Made by a program: the position numbers and the translations under genes
Source: Acanthaster planci
Taxonomy: Eukaryota
Assembly: GCF_001949145.1 (NCBI RefSeq)
Contig: NW_019091360.1
Span: forward strand, 1,148,529 to 1,212,528
Reading direction: 5' to 3'
DNA length: 64,000 nt
Shown: one piece after another, positions 51,701-63,578 of the stretch
Position numbering within the stretch: the stretch's first letter is position 1
Layout: the number at the start of each line of letters is the position of its first letter
The notes under the pieces: model-generated
The model's input: only the letters and a program-made list of their open reading frames with translations
Told to the model about the DNA's origin: nothing
The model's database searches: none

Positions 51701-53503
51701 TTTGGCCGATTGGTGGCGCTATGCAAGAACATCAGCAATCCGAGAGCGGACACAGTGCAGCGCGTTGGCGCATGGCGAAGCTAATTAATAAACGTACTGC
51801 CCCACTTAACCCCCCCCCAAAAAAAAAACAAGAAAGAAAAGAAAAGAAAGAAAAAAGACAGACAGAAAGAAAGAAAGAAGGAATTTTTTTAATTAAATAA
51901 AATAATAAATTGAAATAAAACCTGACGACACCCGAGACCAATGTCACAATGAAAATGATTCACTTATTTTTTTTCCAAATTCCGGGGGTTGGTTCAAAGA
52001 TTATTATATGGCCAAAAAAATATATATCGCCTTTAGTAGCCCTTTGGGAGCTTATCCCAAAAGAGACCCTGCAAGGTACTATCTCGTTCACATTACTCTC
52101 TTTTAGGAATACAACTTTTGGCTCTGTGCGTCAAGCTAAGATGCACTACACCAAATGCGTGCCCATAGAAAACATTGCAAAATCAGACCGAAATAGCGCC
52201 AACTCTCGGGAAGAGTATGGGCTCGGTTTTTTTCACTGGAAACTCAAGATTATGGCCGGAAGATCACTTTTCGTTTAAATTTTTATGGGGTTAAACCACG
52301 TGAATTTTTTTATTCGCCTTTCTGAAGATACCCCAAAAAAGTAGTAAAATTGTGCGTTCAGCTGAATGTAGCTGCCTGCCTCTATCAAAAACAGGTCCGC
52401 AATTTGGAGCTTTTTGTGAAAGAAATACCCCGAACTGGGAACTACCAGTCCCAAATTCAGGATTTATAGAAATATTCTTATGATCCCTCCGCAGAGAAAC
52501 CCCGTGGGATCACAAAATATTAATGAGCTCGCGCTCAGAAATCCAACCAATTGGTGGAACGCACCCATAAAAAATGCGCGTGTGGGTGCAGTGCCGTGTC
52601 GTAATTATCATGGCATTTGGCAACAGAAATTCGAGGCCGAAACCGTGGTGGCACAACACTCTTGGACAGGTGGTACCCGCGCTTTACGCGCTCCTCTTGG
52701 ACCAATAGGATGTCATGATTTGCCAAATGCACGTGCGCGTCAAGCTGAAGAATAATTGTAAAGTGCAGTGCCTTATTCTCGAATTACTGTATGGTGTAAC
52801 CTTCAGGAAGTGTAGCCGCTTGAAGTTTTTAATAAGCAAAGGCGCTGATAATTTCATTGTTATAGGGACTATAAGACTAAAATAACCACTTCTGAAAAAT
52901 CCAAGCCTGCCGGCATGCCCCTTCGGACTCAGGATCTGAAAACACCGACGCCAAGGTGCTAGTCACAGCGAAGTAGACAATAAGGTTTTGGGGGTATGCA
53001 AAAGCTTACGTCCAGTTGCATCACCTCACTCCGGAAACCTGTTCGTACCGTTGATTTTTAGAGCTTGAAACAATTAGTTTCCATCACAGAAGTAATTCGA
53101 AACATTTGAAATTGGCCTAAACAGAAATCTGTCAATAATAATTTTTCAATTTATCACTTAAACCTCAAGTTCACTTAAGCTTACACCTATCCGAGTAAAT
53201 ACATACTTTGGTAAGGTTTACAAAATATTAAGATTTACTGTTCAAGATGTACAGAGTGTCAAGAAACTGCCTTGTGAAAATGTTACACGTCGTAGGAATA
53301 ACTGCCACAAGAAAAAAGGGGTCACTTTAATATCAGACGTTTTCTGAATGGCGTGTAACGAAAGTGCGCCCTCATTCTTACAGTCTTGTCACCAATTGTC
53401 TGGCAAATTCCACTGGACAAAAATGGCAGCCCCCGGCCCACGTCACTTGCCTCTTTTCAACCCGCGTTTTCAAATCTTTTAACATTCGATTCCCGACAAA
53501 ACA
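51700..53503. promoter_or_regulatory. Divergent promoter region between TRAK (-) and the PRIM2-like gene (+)
   Basis: CpG-enriched and TACATGTA-free; CCAAT boxes (51709, 52547, 52702); ZNF143-like ACTACCAGTCCCA (52441-52453); CCGCG next to TTCAAA (53461-53474). Confidence 0.55.
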
Positions 53504-53715
53504 ATGGCGTTCTACATTAAGCCTCCGGGTGGGATTGAAAAGCTGCAAAGCCTGACCGTTTTTGGAAGGAAACGATTGACATTTCTGAAACAGATACTTG
53601 GCTGTGAGTGCAGCGCTGCTTTCCGCAGGTTGTTGGACTGTGCGGATACGGCAGATGATTCGGAGTGTCTTATCGAGGGCACCTCGAAGGACCGCGTGTC
53701 ACACTTTCTTCTCAG
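53504..53715 (+). CDS. DNA primase large subunit-like, exon 1
   Basis: acaATGG; MAFYIKPP...KDRVSHFLL(R), resembling PRIM2 FYxxPP and RDHISHFILRL; AG|GTATT, phase 2. Confidence 0.88.
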
Positions 53716-54371
53716 GTATTGCTGGCTCCATTAATATTTACTTATTTTGGTGTATGTCTTCCTTAATTGGGTCATTGGGTCTACCATCAGCTGGATCCTT
53801 ACTCCCTGTCAGAGGGGTCTTTCCAAACTACCGAAGATGCCCCTTCATTAAAAAATTCTGTTTAATCATTGCTGCTTTGTTGATAAAAAATTCCACTGAG
53901 ACGGTTGACCAGGACCGACTGGTCCAGTAATAGCAGTCCAGAAATACCTGAACAAATTGTAACATTACCTGTTCAATGTCATTTTTTGAGGAAACAGTTT
54001 TTTTAGTTGCATTACCTATTTCAGAAGTCAAAATCCCGGGTGTATTAAAATCCATAACTGAATTTCTTGCAAGTGCTTTGTATTACATTATCAGAATCAA
54101 TGAAGTCGTAATATCCCGGCTACCGAAGGACTTAATGCCAAGTTTATGAAAAGTAACTTTGTTCCCTACCCTTTAGAACTTCACCTTTAGCCCGGCAGCT
54201 TTTGGGACTCTAGACACTACGCTCGTAAAGAAATTGTATAGTATTAATTTCTTTCTTGCATGACAAGAATAAAACGAGTTTCCTCCAACTCAATATTGCT
54301 TGTATATTTTGACCAGTTCATTACAAACTTCAAAGCAAAGATACTATGATGTGCTTCGTTGTTTCTTCTAG

Positions 54372-55062
54372 ACTTGCCTGCTGTCAAGATTCTGAGATGA
54401 CATCATTTTTTGTGAGAGCTGAGACTGACTTGTTCTGTTACCGTTTTGCAAGCATGAACTCAACAGAACTTGTTCGCCTCTTTAAGTCCACTTACCAATT
54501 TTTATTCCGCCTCAGTCAGTGCCAAGCCAGAAACGGCAAGCTGTCTGAAGGCCAAGGTGGAGAATCAAAGTGTAGAAGGACTTGTAGAAACTTGCTTCAA
54601 ATCCTACAGGGAATGATTTCTGATGGCCTGGCCTGGACAGACGTTGCCAATAGGTACCTGGATGGCAGTGGGTCAGAGGTTATACGGGTCCCTTTCCAAT
54701 ATGCGTTGTCACTTGTTGCCAGTCGATCTGTTGTGATGGAGCGGGGAGTGGCTTTGGTGCCACCTGCGGACATCTTAAAGGTGTTGGCCTCATTTTTTGA
54801 GGAGCTGGTCTCCCTAGGGATGGTAGATGCTCGGCTTGTCGTTAACGATATTGGGTCCGGTGATGAACGCATGGCCGACCTGCTTCGTGAGTTGAGGCAG
54901 TTGTACTACTCTGGCAGCAGATTAACAGAGATTGATTGGACATTTGAAGGTGGGTCCGTGGCCCTCGATGATATTGATGAGTTAACAGTATGCTTCCCAC
55001 CATGTATGCAACACTTGCATCTTATGCTTAGGAAAAAGCATCGGCTAAGACATTTCTCAAGG
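54372..55062 (+). CDS. DNA primase large subunit-like, exon 2
   Basis: LACCQDSEMTSFFVRAETDLFCYRF...FPPCMQHLHLMLRKKHRLRHFSR; contains the first Fe-S Cys; GTAAGT donor. Confidence 0.92.
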
Positions 55063-55428
55063 GTAAGTTCTGTGTAGTTTCCTTTTTCGGGGAAAGGGTA
55101 TCTTAATAATTCGCTTACCTTATTACAAACAAGGTAAATTTTGAAAACAGTATATTTATAAGGTTGATTGCATCTCAGCTGCTAGAGGTTTTGATTGTGT
55201 CCTTTTCAGTTTTTTCTGTGTATTTACTGATTATGTGGGATTTCTACTAAACCATGTTGTGTCTTGTATGCATGTATTTGTATAGCATGCATAATGTCTA
55301 TCACTGTGTCACTGTGTCCAACTTCTGAAGACGCCTTGCGCTGTATATGTACATGCTCCAGGAGGAGGATGATTTTTGAGGATGGGTCCCAATATCTGAT
55401 ATCTGTTCTTACTTGTGTATTTTGACAG

Positions 55429-55653
55429 CTCCAGTATACACTGTTCCTCAAGGAGGTAGGTTTGCCCGTCTCCGAAGCTGTCAGGTTCTGGCAAAAAGAA
55501 TATTCTCAACCAAGCTGTAACTATGGTGACAGTCGAGGATGTACCCACGATTGGAAACGAGATGGGAAGAGATACGTGTACAGCATCAGGCACCTGTATG
55601 GATTAGAGGGGTCAAGGATCAACTACAAGGCACACAGCTGTCGTGCAATACAG
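55429..55653 (+). CDS. DNA primase large subunit-like, exon 3
   Basis: LQYTLFLKEVGL...YVYSIRHLYGLEGSRINYKAHSC; cag/GTGAG; 225 nt. Confidence 0.93.
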
Positions 55654-55944
55654 GTGAGGAATGGGGAATTATTCTGAACCAAAAGGCTGAAATTTTGTGA
55701 AAGGAATGGTATATGAAAAGCTTCCAATGTATTTAATCTTTCTCAGTGCTTATTTCTGTTGCCTTAACAAATGTAAGCATCCCGTTCATCTATTGTAAGT
55801 GCCTCCTTAAAGAAATAATTAAACAATTTGTTCTAACAAGAATTGCTATGCCACTTTTAGTAAAAGCATTATTTGCCCGATGAATTCATTTGCATTTGTA
55901 TGATAGGGGTAATACAGCATTGTCTCTTTTTGGATCTGAAAAAG

Positions 55945-56901
55945 GAGCGTAGCCTAGGACACGGCGAAGAAGGAGGCTGTCCATTCAGTCACTTTGACGA
56001 CGTGCATCTTGGGAACATTATGTCCCAAGCAGGTATCAGATCTGAGGATGACAAGATACGGATAATTGGTCTTGCTCAGCAAGGAAGAAGGCAGGCAGCT
56101 TGCAAAGCATTTTTCCGGAAGTCTGTTGCTGCTGGCTTAGCTCATCATGTGGAGTCGACCGCACAAGATCGGGATGGCACTAATGATTCGAGAGGGAAAG
56201 TAGCTGCTGAAAAAGATGTTGAAGACGTTGGCTTTGAACCATGCAACAGGAAGAAAGCCAGACTTGACAGCGATGGTTATGTAGCCTTTGCTAGTGATGA
56301 GGTTGGAGCTAGTAATGCTAACACCGAGAGCAGTACAGCAGGAACATTTGAAACGGTTGATGGGCAAAGATCTCAATCACTGGACACAGTACAACGACAT
56401 GCAGAGGACAAATCCTTCCCTTCGAGCACCACAAAAATGATCTTGTCAAAGGAGCAGCTGCTGATGCATCATGGTAGTGGCTTTAAGACAGTTATCCAAA
56501 GCCCTGGAAACTTTCATAGTGACGCACAAAGTGGATGTTCTCAAACAGGAGAGAGCCCTAATCCTGATACTGCAAAGGAGCATCATTGCATCTCCCCATG
56601 GCTCCAGGAAATGGAAGATAATTCTAGGACTGCTGGAAGAAGCACGAGAGATACCAAATCGGAACTAAGGAAAAGATTTAGAGGAGGTCCATTATCTTCT
56701 GTCAGGAGGGAATCAGAGACCTCAAGCGAGCACCAAACTGCTAGCTCAAAGGCCGCCTTGAGAAGCCACAGGGACTCACCTGATGACGACGTCCCTGTCA
56801 GCTCCCCCATAGCCGTTCTGAGAGACGTTGAGATTCATAAGCCAATTGATTACTACAGCAGCTATATGCAGCTTCTCAGTAGCCTTCAGCAGCTGGATTG
56901 A
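55945..56901 (+). CDS. DNA primase large subunit-like, exon 4 (terminal)
   Basis: GGCPFSHFD and AACKAFF (third and fourth Fe-S Cys), a long low-complexity segment, then IHKPIDYY; aag acceptor, exact position slightly uncertain. Confidence 0.85.
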   Translation, partial: ERSLGHGEEGGCPFSHFDDVHLGNIMSQAGIRSEDDKIRIIGLAQQGRRQAACKAFFRKSVAAGLAHHVESTAQDRDGTNDSRGKVAAEKDVEDVGFEPCNRKKARLDSDGYVAFASDEVGASNANTESSTAGTFETVDGQRSQSLDTVQRHAEDKSFPSSTTKMILSKEQLLMHHGSGFKTVIQSPGNFHSDAQSGCSQTGESPNPDTAKEHHCISPWLQEMEDNSRTAGRSTRDTKSELRKRFRGGPLSSVRRESETSSEHQTASSKAALRSHRDSPDDDVPVSSPIAVLRDVEIHKPIDYYSSYMQLLSSLQQLD

Positions 56902-58239
56902 GATGCACTTCAATTTCTAGCACTTTTTTTACTTAACCATTGCACATTGTGTCTTGTTCAGAATCTCTTATTAGTCTCACTATTGACAATTTGCAAATTG
57001 AATGTACTTTCATCCCTCAAACGAATTACACAAAATGATTAATATCCATGTTAAAGTTTAATGATTTTTTTATATTGTACAGTTTTACTCTTGAAATGTT
57101 GTGCAGCTGACGTCAGACAGTACTAACAATGAATTTTATTCTTTTTATGTTAGGCCTATGTCGAAATTGATTTCAATGAACTTCAATTTCAGTGTTTGAA
57201 ATGCTAAAGATTTTTGTGTGGATTACTTATTGTAACTGTGCAATAATTATGAAATGAAATAATGTTTCTATTTCATATTTAGGATGGTGTAGCATTCAAA
57301 CAAGAATACAAAGACTCTCCCCTTTCCAGATGAATTCTAACCAAGAAAAATCGAAATGTCCACAAAATCGTGCCTTATTGAAAGTGTTCGTGAAAATGCA
57401 CTGAAGTCTTATGTGTTTGGTTGTACATGTAACTTTATTTGGGACATGAAATCATAGTTTGCTCCCATTAAAATTAACAGACCAAAATGTGATGCAAATG
57501 GAAAGTGACTAGGTCTATGCAGTGGGTGCTTAATGACTCGACTTTTCATGCATCCCTCTACGTGATAAGTCAGCCTTCACATTGTGAAGAATTATATTTT
57601 ACCGGGCTGGAAAGTAAAATGTCTCTTGCTATTAGGCCTACTTGCCATCAATCTCGCAAAACCTTGAAAAAAATGCTCTACTGTGTTTCGTGGTAATCGC
57701 TCCCTATGATTCATGTGTATATGTGAAATACCAGTTATAACACGTACGTTCTTGTTTGAAGAAGTGCAAGTGCGTTCGAGTTCTAAGCCTTATCTCTGAG
57801 TAAGAAAGAGGTTTACAGTCCTGTGATGTAGCCACGCCACTTGGACAAGGGCGACACTCAGCATCTGTGGTGAAGGGTAAATTGTTTTCATCGATCATTC
57901 TTACTCTTCATAAAATGGAAGAGCAAATGTGTTTTTTTTTATGACGGATATTCCACTTTTTATGACGACGCTCAGTACTGGATTCGATGATGCATTATGA
58001 CTAAACTACACAACTAAATTAAATGTTGGCAGCTTAGATAAGTTGGCCGAGATTGGGCTGCCGAGGTTGGGCTACCGGTATTAAAACAACACCTTCACGA
58101 AATAAATCGGCGGGGCCCTTTGGGACGTACTGAAATTATCCGACCGTGCGTACTTCTTCCCCGGGGTCACTCAAAACAAATACACTGTGACTTGTAACAC
58201 AGGTTGTGTTTATTTCCAAAGTTCAATTGGGTGAACCGT

Positions 58240-58340
58240 GGGGAGGGGGGAATGACGATCCCCGCGTCGTTGCGCCACTGTACCTGTTCGAACTTCCGTC
58301 AATCGGAAGTAGCCTAACCATTTGCGCGCGGTTGCCGTTG
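58240..58340 (+). promoter_or_regulatory. Probable promoter of the downstream gene
   Basis: CpG cluster with an inverted ETS-site pair, ACTTCCG (58292) and CGGAAGT (58304); candidate UTR-exon donors at 59059 (GTGAGT) and 59725 (GTAAGT). Confidence 0.4.
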
Positions 58341-61329
58341 GCCTGCTAGGTGATCAAAAAATGAGCCATCCCAGCGACTTGGTCTGCGCTGTTGACAGAA
58401 GATTTTCCTTGTATTGATCTTTAGTCCCCTGTTCATAACGGACCGGTACGCTACATGGGTAGTGCTTATTCCTCCGTGTTCCTCCCCGTCCAGAGTAAAG
58501 AACAAACACTCTCAAACAGTAAAGGACAGAGACTGTATGGAGGTGTTATGCAACACAATCGACTGATGAACATCGCATGTTAATAAGGTTGCCAGTATAT
58601 ACCGTGTATTATCACAGAACACAGATTAGGCCTGTGTGGTATGAAACTAATCATTGCACATTGGTGGATACATTCATAAATTATTACGCAGAAAAGATTT
58701 ATAATACATGTACATAACAGGAAGCTCTCTGTGTCCTTGCCCTACCGAAGCCGAATGTGGAAAAAACCGGTCCGGCCTGGAAGACGAGAGTCAAATTACT
58801 GCAGTGACCTCTGCAACACTGTCTGTGTCGCGCTGCCGTGCCTGGAGTGCAGGAATAAAAAAGGAAATTTTGATTCCCCCCATGCATGCTGATACTGAAG
58901 TTGTGAACAGGTGCACATTATTTTAATAGGCCCTATGCAGTATCGGAAAGCAGTCTTATAGGCCCAGCGGTTATGGTCGATCTTCTTTCCTCCATGTTCC
59001 TCTTAAGTACGGAAATACAGTGTTAGAACATTGATGAACCTTGAACTCGAAATTCACGGTGAGTTGACGAGACTGGCAAGCTGCCTACGGTGCAGTTTCA
59101 CGCACCGTTCATGTACATGTACTCTGTGCTCAGTCGTTCGGCTGGCGGGTGTATGAGGTTGCAGCACTTGCCATCGACGGCAGCCACGTCATGACTGTGT
59201 GCATCATGTGAGACGTTTGCTCCATGTTCTTACGCACCCACAGTAGGGCCTACAGTGTCATAAGCCATGCAACACTTCTTAATTTGGAACGTTTAACGGT
59301 GGTAATTGACGTTTGGAGATCGCAAGTACCACTATACGGTATGTATCACAAACTCCACCCGATCTAACTTGAACTTGACTTGAGCACACTAAGTGAGAGT
59401 ACTGCAAGGGGACTCAAAAATATTTAGTTTGTCCAGAACCATTCGTTATAGGAGTGGTCCCCCACCAGATAACAGTCCTTCCCTTTTTTTACTTGCCCTG
59501 ACTTTCATAGTAATGTTTCCCCTGTCTGATAATCCCTAGAATTAACACTGTAGCTTTTAGATACTAGTTGTGTTAGAGCATGGAGGTCCATGGTTAGAGC
59601 ATGGGGCAGACACAGACCAGCAGCCAGAGGGAGAACGCCTAGCTCACTGTGTCTCCTGTCCTATATTTATAACAAGTTTTCATGTACATGTAGCTGCCTG
59701 AAGATTTGGTCTGCCGAGGGCTTGGTAAGTTTGCATTGATTTTAATATTCTTATAATTTCCTTGTATTGCAGTCTGTATTTTTTTGGCCACGCATGTCAC
59801 TTATGATCTTGAGGAATAGTTTTGAAAACTTTCTTTGAATAGACTTTCATTATACGGCTTAAGTACTATGTCTTGTTTTAAAATGCTTGGGCTTGATCAC
59901 CACATCTTTAATGTCCAATATGAACGTTTAGCCCATGGCTTTCCGTTGCTTTTCTTGGCACAGTTTTTTGGAATTGTACAGCGGTAATTTGTACATCAGT
60001 GAACCGTATGAAATTCTAAAGCAGAAGTTCCTTGGAAGAGTAATCATTAACCACAGTATTAAAGTGCGTTTTTCATGCTAATGATTTTTTCTACCTAAGT
60101 CAAGCTTATTGCAACTTTAGTCGAGACCGACATGTACAGATGTAGTTGTATCATTTTGGCAACTCACAGTAGTCTTCTTCATTCCCTACAATGTATACCG
60201 GTATGTCCAGTGAACAGTGTATGTGGCCATTTTCGTAGCCATGTGGCATGGCCTGCCTGTTCCTTTCTGGGGTTACGAGTCATTAACCAGAACTGAAGTA
60301 AACTTGTCCCAGCTCACTTTGCTCAGCTTTTTGTTCAGTACATGAATGTGTATTAGTCTATACATGTATTACCTCGCTCGCTGTGTATATTCCGACAGTT
60401 TGACTTGGACGAGTTTAGCCCTTATGTTTACATGAGGCTGGATTGTTTATCTCAGCCCAGTGGATTGTACCATAGCCATGCATCATGTGTTGTGCTAGTC
60501 TCCAATGCATGTGGCAGTAATGTAGTGACCTATAAAGTTTTCTAAATGGGTAGCACATGCAAAGCACTTGGCTTTACTGTTTTGTTCAGGATGAGTTATA
60601 AGTTTCAAAACTTCAGTGATCAATTATTCCTTCTTTTTCAGGATTTTGCTGATATAGTAACCTTACTTTATTTTTTCCTTTGTGTGTTGTATTTTGCAGG
60701 TTTCTTAAGCTTGAGTACGATAATTTTTGCTTCTATTTACTGGGTGCTGTGTTGGTTAATCACTAGTTCATTACAGGTCGTGTTTAAAGGCATTGGGTCA
60801 CACAATCTCGTTTGAAAGTCTTTGTTAAAGGTCTAGTTGGTCTGGTCTATCCATTTTGTGTGTAATTTATTTTTTTGGTTCACCGTTTAAGGAATTTCTT
60901 CTGTTAGTTTTTTTTTTTGGTTGTGCAAACTGTCCAATTTTACTACTTCCCTTTTTGTGCAACTGTCAGTTCAGTTTCTCTTGGCATCCAGAATAAAATA
61001 CTGTTTTTTAAACTTAATTTGAATCTGTTCTTGTTTCCCTTTGTCTTTTCTAGTGAATATCCTGCGACTCAACTTCTTGCCGATCCTTATTATTTTTAGT
61101 ATTATTATCACTATTGTTATTTATTTATTTCTTTCTTTCTTTCTTTATTTATTTATTTATTTATTGTTTTGTGTCAAGGTTTGCGAGTTTTGCTCATTCG
61201 GTCGCACTGTGCTATTTTTCTAGGTTACACATGGTCTTCTTGTGCGCGTTAGGGACAGGTCTTCGGTGCCCTAGAAAGCGGATGCACACATCCTGAAGTT
61301 AAGGTCAACTCCATCTTTGTCTTCCAAAC

Positions 61330-61459
61330 ATGACGTCGTTGTCGGAGTTTGTTCCTCGAGTTCAGTGGAAGACTTGCTGCCTTTATTCGCCCCGTCTGCC
61401 GTGCTTACTATTACTGTTTGGCCTCGCACTAATTGGCGGACTAGTTATGCACATGAATG
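61330..61459 (+). CDS. First coding exon of a probable type II membrane protein (Golgi transferase-like topology); the rest is not identified in the window
   Basis: Acceptor at 61223; aaacATG; MTSLSEFVPRVQWKTCCLYSPRLPCLLLLFGLALIGGLVMHMN with a hydrophobic anchor; G|GTGAGT donor. Confidence 0.6.
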
Positions 61460-63430
61460 GTGAGTCAAACGGTTCTTTCCCTTTCAGTTTTGCGTTTAGC
61501 CAGTTTATGGACAGGGATTTATGTAGTATGCAAACATTAGTTACATTTTTTTCTCATCGACAACATGGATTTTATTTTCTCCAAATATCTTTGCTTTGAC
61601 ATTCTGATCCGAACCGGGTCAGATTACCTTCCACTCTCGTGATGTTTTTTCTCTGTAACAATCCGCTAAATTTTTCCTCAAACTGAGTGAGGTCGCAATT
61701 CTTTCCTGGACAAAACGAAAACTCAAACATTCATTAAAAAAACAACAACAAAAAATATTCTCTGGAGCCCCCAACGAAATATTTTCTGTTTTCCCAACCC
61801 AAATCAGTCGATTTCGTATCGTGCATTAGCATGTCATATTCTGCAATTACCAGCCTACTGCTTTGCATTAATATCGAGCCGACACACGCACAAAAACGCT
61901 GTTTCCAGGTTTCTACCCAGCCTAGAAAATTATGTGGGAATCGTACCAACCCAATAGCCTAATTATTTTTGTCACCTTCTTTAACCGCACTCGCAGTTTA
62001 TTTGATGATGAAATGAAGTACATGTAATCTTACGCCAAAATTTATACTATATATATGGATGTTTAAAACGTCGCACAGAAAGCAAATTTATGTAAACAAG
62101 TGGGAATTGATAATATGTATACAGAAAGGAGGTAAAGGGCTTCAGGACTTAAGCGTTCTTAAATGTCACAAGAGAAGAAATATAGGGCTTCTCAGACATC
62201 AGAGAGTTCAAGCAGGAATTCGAGAACATTTTGTGACTTTGCCTGTGAGATGTCTTCCATGGTTTCCAATCCAGTAGGGGTAACGCAAGGAATACGAACG
62301 AATAGTTTATGCGGTCAACAGCAAATTTCGTACAACTTGACGTCACAATTTCCCCTTCTCATTGGCGCATGGCTTTTGCGCCAAATATGAACTGGCCTTA
62401 AAATCTGCAATGGCTTGACAAAGTGAGTGGCATTGATTTGCACACTAACCGTCCCACATGTTTATTTACCATCTCCCCACCCTTATGTTTTGGCTAGAAA
62501 GTTTTGAGCCAATACCAAACCCCAACTCAAACTAAACACCACCACCAACAACTCAAAGGCGAAACATTTGTGATAAAAACATGGCCTTGGGACAATAATC
62601 ACAGTGTGGTGATTTGTCTTCTCACTAAGTGTCACTGATCAAATCATCGATTATCTTGATCAATTTTGGATTAACGAATAAAGTGTAGTGGAATATTTTC
62701 AGAAAGTAGGAAGAAAAAGATAAAAAAAATATCGAATTGATATCGAAATTTACCCACAATGCTCTGCGCATCGTTAGCTGTGACCCCGTGTGACGTATTT
62801 CTTTCACTAAAATCTGTGCAAGGCCATCGGCCTTTCCCGGCGCCCAGCTGTTCGAGCGCCGGGCGACGAGCGAATCAAAGGAGCCACACTTGCTGGGAAA
62901 ATGCACTCTCTCTTGGTCCTGCTCGGAGCCCTTGCATGCTGGCGCCACAGGCATGCAGAGCCTTGAACTGACAGTTTTACTTAATTGTACCATCGCCTCA
63001 GATTCGTGTCAAGGCAGCTTTTTGAAATGTTGTCACATGGTATGAGAGTTAAGCACGTGCAAAATTACCAAGCAACATCCACGCGAATCACTGAACCAGC
63101 TTTATTTATTGTGTAAAGCTGCCAGATCGAGGCCCTGTATGCCTATTGCGGGAGCATGCAAAGAGTGATGTCTGTGAGTGCAGTGGTCTCAAGCAAAGTC
63201 CCCTATACTGACTTCTTGAAAGCACGGAGGAAGGAATTGAAAGGTAGCTCCGACTAGAATGCTAGGTTTCAACAGAATGCTTGCTGTTCAGTGAGAGACT
63301 TTGGGCGTTTTCGAAACGAGTGGATGCGGCTAAGACTCCAGTTTGAATATGTGGTTTTGAACACTGCTTCAATATGGCTGAAACCTGCGAAACCAAAGTC
63401 TAAGCCGAATCCACTCGTTTCAAAAACGCT

Positions 63431-63578
63431 CTTTGAGACGCATGGTGGGGGCAAACAGACCGGTCCTTTTTCGCAGTTGTGCGCGTGCTCAGAACTAACG
63501 TGCATGCCTAGAACTGAACGCGCATGCCCACATCAACCAAAAGGACCGTTGTGTCTGCCGCCACCAAGCGTCTCAAAG
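63431..63578. repeat. Inverted repeat (probable MITE)
   Basis: ctttgagacgcatggtgggggcaaacagaccggtcctttt pairs imperfectly with aaaaggaccgttgtgtctgccgccaccaagcgtctcaaag. Confidence 0.65.
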
